Positions 25,284 through 29,489 of a DNA stretch of 29,489 nt are shown here, piece by piece. The stretch spans positions 1 through 29,489 of the IMG/VR virus record IMGVR_UViG_3300017913_000420. One strand, 5' to 3'. Numbering within the stretch: position 1 is the stretch's first letter; every line of letters starts with the position of its first letter. The notes beneath the pieces are model-generated. The model was not told where the DNA came from. It saw only the letters and a list, made by a program, of their open reading frames with translations, and searched no databases. The position numbers were made by a program, and so were the translations under genes. Source of the DNA: a virus (lineage: Duplodnaviria > Caudoviricetes).

Positions 25284-25679
25284 TTATTCAAGACCTTCAC
25301 GAACAAGCATGCACCAACTGGCAAATGAAATCGTAGCGGTGTTGTCCTTGTCGGCAAAGTCAGCATTGATTGAGCTGAGAAACACAACGCATTTAATCGG
25401 CTGATGATTGTATTTGTAAATCAAAACGGGTTGACACCCTGCGGCATGAGCTGCCTTGCAAGCTTGCGCCCACCAGTCAGGCTTGTAGTTTCCACCTGCA
25501 CCCCTGTCAGCTGCATAAGCTTTACACTCGATAACCCAGCCATCAACGCCCAGTATGTCGCCTCTGTCTGCCTGTCTGTATTGTTCAATGTCTCTTTTGC
25601 ACTCAAGACCTAGCTCGTCTTGAATCATGTTGGCGACTTTGCGCTCAAACGCTGCGCCTTTTGCTCTTGAATTTGTCAT
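25284..25679 (-). CDS. Hjc-like Holliday junction resolvase / PD-(D/E)xK nuclease (131 aa; start revised to MTNSRAKG)
   Basis: 'SRAKG..FER.VA', 'GDI......IECK', 'WW.QA...A.....PVLIYK' motifs. Confidence 0.8.
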   Translation of the reverse strand: MTNSRAKGAAFERKVANMIQDELGLECKRDIEQYRQADRGDILGVDGWVIECKAYAADRGAGGNYKPDWWAQACKAAHAAGCQPVLIYKYNHQPIKCVVFLSSINADFADKDNTATISFASWCMLVREGLE

Positions 25680-25746
25680 GGTATTTTCCCAGATTACACG
25701 CCCTTGCGAGCCATGCCACGCACCGAGCGGATGGGAAACCCACCCG

Positions 25747-25962
25747 TCAGGTAACGTCTGGCTCTGGTGGCTGTAACGAAAAGTCTGAATCGAATTGTAT
25801 TTCTTGGTCAACGTATCCGTAACCTTCACAGTGTCCGCAAGTAAATGTGCGTCTTCTTACCACCCTTACTTCAACACAATCGAATAGGTCAAGACGAATC
25901 TCACCCTGCCCATTACAATACGGGCAAGGAATCGGGTCATCATAATTAAAAATAATAAACAT
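25747..25962 (-). CDS. DnaJ-type zinc-finger protein (about 71 aa)
   Basis: CPYCNGQG and CGHCEGYG, two CxxCxGxG motifs. Start uncertain. Confidence 0.65.
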   Translation of the reverse strand: MFIIFNYDDPIPCPYCNGQGEIRLDLFDCVEVRVVRRRTFTCGHCEGYGYVDQEIQFDSDFSLQPPEPDVT

Positions 25963-25976
25963 ATTACACTTTTTTG

Positions 25977-26004
25977 TTGACACCTGTGGGGACAACGTTA
26001 TTGT
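25977..26004 (+). promoter_or_regulatory. Sigma70-type promoter for the recombination module
   Basis: TTGACA (25977-25982), 16-nt spacer, TATTGT (25999-26004), upstream T-tract, RBS AGGAGG downstream. Confidence 0.55.
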
Positions 26005-26021
26005 GGGGATAGGAGGTAATC

Positions 26022-26915
26022 ATGAAAGAAATACCAGACTACAGAAAAGACTTTGGGTCTTACCACAACAGCGCGTCAGGTGCTACGCAACCTACCTACG
26101 AGCATATCCTAAAGCTATACTTGCGTAAAGAATACAAGATGAATTTCCCGTTTGCTGCCAGACCGAGAGCTGGTCAAATCGTGCAGGAAATCGTTGACTT
26201 ACATCTTGGTCTTGATGGCTACAGTCCCATTCAGGGCAAAAAGCAAGGTATGTCTTTAACGGAAGCTACAAAGAAAGGCATTGACTCTTACAACACTTAC
26301 CAGCCTCGTGATTGGGATGATGGTAAAGACCGCGAAGAGTTTGACCATTTTAAGGAAGTTGTTGGAGAGATGGCGGTGTTTGCTGTGCAAGGTCTAAAAG
26401 AACATTTCGGTGGTCTGGATTTCGAAGGTGAATACCAACGATGGCATGAAGATGAACGCATTGACGTGCCGACTATGTTGTTTCAAGACTACTGCGGCAA
26501 TGGCTTGCAGATAGATTTGAAGTGTAGCTTTCCTATGCGCAACCCGTTGAAGAAGGATGGCACTAGGTCTTGGAGAAATCCTAAACCAAAGACTGAACCC
26601 ACTGCACAACAACAGATGCAACAGGCTGTGTATTGGAAGGCAACAGGTGATAAGCCAGCGTTGCTTTTTGTAACGCCAGCAGGATACCACATCGCCAGTA
26701 GTGATAACTGTGACGCATTGAAACTCGATGTATTAGAGGATGTTTACGAGGATGTTGTCGCTCGCTGGCTCACTATACAAAACTTAATGAGGGCTGCCAA
26801 TGGTAATTGGAAAAATCTATTCGGGCTTGTTACGCCTGATTACGGGGAAATCGCAGGACGACACGGAAGCGAGATTCTCAAAATCGCCAGAGATGCCTGG
26901 CGCATTCAAACTTGA
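26022..26915 (+). CDS. PD-(D/E)xK exonuclease (RecB/Cas4-like recombination nuclease), 297 aa
   Basis: 'FQD......IDLK' and 'Q.A.Y' motifs; upstream of SSAP and SSB genes. Confidence 0.75.
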   Translation: MKEIPDYRKDFGSYHNSASGATQPTYEHILKLYLRKEYKMNFPFAARPRAGQIVQEIVDLHLGLDGYSPIQGKKQGMSLTEATKKGIDSYNTYQPRDWDDGKDREEFDHFKEVVGEMAVFAVQGLKEHFGGLDFEGEYQRWHEDERIDVPTMLFQDYCGNGLQIDLKCSFPMRNPLKKDGTRSWRNPKPKTEPTAQQQMQQAVYWKATGDKPALLFVTPAGYHIASSDNCDALKLDVLEDVYEDVVARWLTIQNLMRAANGNWKNLFGLVTPDYGEIAGRHGSEILKIARDAWRIQT

Positions 26916-26937
26916 ACCATACTTGGAGGTAAATAGC

Positions 26938-27189
26938 ATGGCTAAATATGACTACGAACAAATCGAAATCGAAAGTGGCGTTGAGTTGCCAAAGAAAAAC
27001 AATGGCAGACCAAGAAAAAGACCTGCTGTCATTACTCTTCTTCACAAACTAAAGGTTGGCGACAGCTTTGTTGTTGAGACAATGAATCAGTATTCATACA
27101 TCGCTTCTATGGCAAAGAAAGAAGGCATTAAGCTTACAATGCGCAACCTAGAAGATGGCAAAATCAGAATTTGGAAGGTAAAGAAATGA
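26938..27189 (+). CDS. Small putative DNA-binding protein (83 aa; start revised to MAKYDY), paralog of 28923-29138
   Basis: RBS GGAGG; 'IE.GV..P...L.VGDSF...R....RIW'. Confidence 0.7.
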   Translation: MAKYDYEQIEIESGVELPKKNNGRPRKRPAVITLLHKLKVGDSFVVETMNQYSYIASMAKKEGIKLTMRNLEDGKIRIWKVKK

Positions 27190-27350
27190 GTCCCATCGAA
27201 CAGGAACACGCGCAAAGCATAGACACCTTGACAGAACGAATTGAGGAGCTAGAACAGGTAGTTGGGGGTCTAGCTGAAACGCTTATGTTCTTCATCAACC
27301 AACAAAATAGAATCATGGAAGGCGACAAAGAAAATGTCCAAGTTAATTGA
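27186..27350 (+). CDS. Hypothetical coiled-coil protein, 54 aa (not in ORF track)
   Basis: ATGA coupling; MSPIEQEHAQSIDTLTERIEELEQVVGGLAETLMFFINQQNRIMEGDKENVQVN. Confidence 0.6.
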   Translation: MSPIEQEHAQSIDTLTERIEELEQVVGGLAETLMFFINQQNRIMEGDKENVQVN

Positions 27351-28029
27351 TGCAATGGGTCTTGTGAGCGAGCTTCACAAAAAAGAAGGCATTACACAGC
27401 GTGGCGGCAAAAAATATACACAAGTAGTTCACAGAATGGAAGCATTACGCATGACTTTCGGCCTAGAGCTAGGTGTTAATTCACAAATTGTCACAGATGA
27501 TGGACAGCGTGTAGTTGTTAAAGCAATCATCACAGACGCTGAAGGCCGCACTGTTGGCTCTGGCTTTGCTGAAGAAATCAGAGGCCAAGGTAACGTAAAT
27601 AAAACATCAGCACTTGAAAACTGTGAAACATCTGCTATTGGTAGAGCATTAGCTTCTATTGGCCTAGCAGGTGGGGAATACGCAAGTGCCAACGAATTGG
27701 ATGCAGTGCCACGCAAGGCCGCTGCAATCGAACAGAATCAGGCGGCTGCTCCGTCCTCTGCACCTCCCAAAGAGGACGTATCCACGGTTGCAATTCCTCC
27801 TGCACCAGAGCAGTCGCCTGAACCAGAGGACGAATACCGAAAGATTGATGCCGCGTTTTACCGAGACATTGGCATTCAGCTGCAGGAATTTCGCTATGTA
27901 GGTAAGGTGCATGACCTATTCCAGAAAACAAAACCTGCACTGCAAGAGCTAAAGAAGCGCAACCCTGACAGGGCAGAGCATCTTATGAATCTCTTTAAGA
28001 AGCACGAAGCCAGACTACAGGAGAATTAA
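27334..28029 (+). CDS. Single-strand annealing protein (Rad52/Sak-like), 231 aa
   Basis: 'GKKY..V..R' and 'G.AEE.R....VN.TSALENCETSAIGRALA..G...EYASA.E'; lies between exonuclease and SSB genes. Confidence 0.7.
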   Translation: MSKLIDAMGLVSELHKKEGITQRGGKKYTQVVHRMEALRMTFGLELGVNSQIVTDDGQRVVVKAIITDAEGRTVGSGFAEEIRGQGNVNKTSALENCETSAIGRALASIGLAGGEYASANELDAVPRKAAAIEQNQAAAPSSAPPKEDVSTVAIPPAPEQSPEPEDEYRKIDAAFYRDIGIQLQEFRYVGKVHDLFQKTKPALQELKKRNPDRAEHLMNLFKKHEARLQEN

Positions 28030-28030
28030 A

Positions 28031-28336
28031 ATGGCTAAACAGTTTAGAACAATCACGAACATTAAGTTGTTCAGCAATGACAACGGCTCTGCTACTCATG
28101 GTAACAGCAAGTGGACGCCATACAAAGATGGCTCTGCTAATGACCTTACATTCTACGGCAGCCGCCAGTATTCAGTGAAGTTGTTTGACAATGGCGATGG
28201 AACACTTGGTCTTAACATCTCTGAAGTAACAGAGGATGGCACACCAGGCTCAACAGGTGGACTTAAGCAGGTCTCTGAAGTAGCTAAAGCACCTGCATCT
28301 AGCGGTATGTCTTTAGATGATGACATCCCATTTTAA
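28031..28336 (+). CDS. SSB-like protein (101 aa)
   Basis: Beta-rich core, flexible linker and acidic C-terminal tip DDDIPF. Confidence 0.7.
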   Translation: MAKQFRTITNIKLFSNDNGSATHGNSKWTPYKDGSANDLTFYGSRQYSVKLFDNGDGTLGLNISEVTEDGTPGSTGGLKQVSEVAKAPASSGMSLDDDIPF

Positions 28337-28508
28337 GGTGTTAGTGATTCCCCGTGGGGATGGGTTGCTGGTGGTTGTAGATGGTGAATCTTACGCAAAA
28401 CCTATGACCAGCCACCAGTATATCCAACTAGCAATGAGATGCTTGCAAGCAGCAACAGAGATTAAACAGGAGGACGAACAATGCCAGAGATTAACAACGC
28501 ATGGGTAG
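28317..28508 (+). CDS. Hypothetical protein (about 63 aa)
   Basis: Fills the gap between neighbours with short overlaps. Confidence 0.55.
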   Translation: MMTSHFKVLVIPRGDGLLVVVDGESYAKPMTSHQYIQLAMRCLQAATEIKQEDEQCQRLTTHG

Positions 28509-28768
28509 TAAAACAACAAACAGCTGAAGGCGGCTGGGTTACTACGCACTGGTTTCCAATGGAAATCATCACAACAATTAACGGGGACAGTGTTCCAGAG
28601 CGTAACCAGTTTGACATTGGTGAAGCTAGAGCTGCCCTACAGGTGCAACAATACAAGCAGGATGCGCCAGAGCTTGACGCTATTTACCAGAAGGTTCATG
28701 ACTCTAACGCACCCAACATAGACACGCAGATGGTTTACATCGCTAAAACATACGGCTCATGGCAGTAA
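28481..28768 (+). CDS. Hypothetical protein (95 aa)
   Basis: RBS AGGAGG. Confidence 0.65.
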   Translation: MPEINNAWVVKQQTAEGGWVTTHWFPMEIITTINGDSVPERNQFDIGEARAALQVQQYKQDAPELDAIYQKVHDSNAPNIDTQMVYIAKTYGSWQ

Positions 28769-28926
28769 GAAAAAGACAGACAAAGAAACAGCTTGATATG
28801 CGCAAGACAGCTTGCGACCACTGCCAGAGACAGCACTACATCAAAGATGGTGGATGGGTAATACTTTTGTCAGGCCACACATTGTGCATAGGCTGTGTTA
28901 AGTCTTTTAGATTGGAGAACAAATGA
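28759..28926 (+). CDS. Small zinc-finger protein, 55 aa (not in ORF track)
   Basis: MAVRKRQTKKQLDMRKTACDHCQRQHYIKDGGWVILLSGHTLCIGCVKSFRLENK; two CxxC; ATGA coupling to the next gene. Confidence 0.65.
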   Translation: MAVRKRQTKKQLDMRKTACDHCQRQHYIKDGGWVILLSGHTLCIGCVKSFRLENK

Positions 28927-29138
28927 TTGAAAAAGGTGTTCCAATACCAAATCCACGCAAATCTAAGTGGTCATTCATCAATGACATGGAGGTTGGTGAC
29001 AGCATTCATGTAGACAATGAACCTGATTACCAGAGAGCTAGAGATGCCATGAGGCACTATTGCCGTATAAACAAATGGAATTATATTACACGAAAAGAGC
29101 CTGATGGCTCTGGTTATAGAGTTTGGCGAACAGCCTAA
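28923..29138 (+). CDS. Small putative DNA-binding protein (71 aa), paralog of 26938-27189
   Basis: RBS GGAG; 'IEKGVPIP...MEVGDSI...R.....GYRVWR'. Confidence 0.75.
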   Translation: MIEKGVPIPNPRKSKWSFINDMEVGDSIHVDNEPDYQRARDAMRHYCRINKWNYITRKEPDGSGYRVWRTA

Positions 29139-29144
29139 ACGAAT

Positions 29145-29205
29145 GGGGCAGAGAGCGTTGATTGAATATGTGCAAATGCACTCCTCTCTGTCCCTACTTC
29201 TTTTT
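29145..29205 (+). terminator. Probable terminator at the convergence of early and late transcription
   Basis: GGGGCAGAGAG (29145-29155) pairs with CTCTCTGTCCC (29184-29194), followed by TACTTCTTTTT. The loop is unusually long. Confidence 0.5.
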
Positions 29206-29349
29206 CTTTTTAGCTTTCATAATACGTTGCTGAAGAGCCTTTGGTAGAGTCTTCTGCTTTGCTGTTAGTCCATTGCCAGACATTTTCTTAGCGGCTTTCT
29301 TCGTAGGTCTGCCACGCTTCGAGCCGTATGTTCCTTTACCCATTGGCAT
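29194..29349 (-). CDS. Very basic 51-aa protein (not in ORF track)
   Basis: MPMGKGTYGSKRGRPTKKAAKKMSGNGLTAKQKTLPKALQQRIMKAKKKKK; RBS AAGGA; TAATG coupling. Confidence 0.7.
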   Translation of the reverse strand: MPMGKGTYGSKRGRPTKKAAKKMSGNGLTAKQKTLPKALQQRIMKAKKKKK

Positions 29350-29489
29350 TATGATTTTCCTTTCTTCTTCTTTGCTTTGTTGCGTTTAGAAATAGCAGCT
29401 GCTTTACGCTTTGCGTCTGCTTTACTGCTAGCACCCCACGCTCTTAGGGAAAGCAATAGGCGTGTCGGCTTTCCGTTTTTCTTTTCTGG
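29349..29489 (-). CDS. Partial CDS (C-terminus) of a basic phage protein
   Basis: ...PEKKNGKPTRLLLSLRAWGASSKADAKRKAAAISKRNKAKKKKGKS*; open to the right edge. Confidence 0.65.
   Translation of the reverse strand, partial: PEKKNGKPTRLLLSLRAWGASSKADAKRKAAAISKRNKAKKKKGKS

Noticed and set aside
25680-25829. N-terminal extension of the 181-aa resolvase ORF
   Set aside because: It overlaps the Zn-finger gene. The family motif begins at MTNSRAKG, which has a GGGA RBS.
26022-26915. Cas4/CRISPR association of the exonuclease
   Set aside because: No repeat-spacer array or other cas genes and no Cas4-type Fe-S cysteine cluster pattern. Context is recombination.
1-29489. Stop-codon recoding, tRNA genes, integrase/att site
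   Set aside because: Genes read full length in the standard code with high coding density, and no cloverleaf or recombinase motifs were recognised by eye.

Overview
The window is most of a tailed dsDNA bacteriophage genome, podovirus-type, with GC in the mid-40s% by eye. Gene order and protein style resemble BPP-1 / HTVC010P-like aquatic podophages; this is inference, no search was run. Bases 1-21859 form one tightly coupled minus-strand morphogenesis operon. Read right to left it encodes TerS, a hidden 41-aa ArfA-like peptide, TerL, two accessory proteins (one lysozyme-like), portal, scaffold, major capsid, cement-like protein, a terminator, a small nuclease-like protein, tail adaptor, tail nozzle, a GNAT-like protein, four probable ejection proteins and tail fibres. 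A divergent control region at about 21860-22240 holds a long purine-pyrimidine alternating tract, a sigma70-type promoter and operator-like palindromes. It is followed by plus-strand small early genes, an XRE HTH regulator, an origin-like intergenic region with a perfect DnaA box, an Hjc-like resolvase, an exonuclease/SSAP/SSB recombination module, and small basic minus-strand ORFs at the right edge. No DNA or RNA polymerase, primase, helicase, integrase, methyltransferase, tRNA or CRISPR was seen. The most notable observations are (1) the unannotated ArfA-like ribosome-rescue peptide between TerS and TerL, (2) apparent total absence of GATC and CCGG, (3) a duplicated RNA internal-loop motif upstream of the capsid gene, (4) a DnaA-box/iteron origin candidate and (5) a Z-DNA-prone tract between divergent operons. 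All product calls come from motif recognition by eye.
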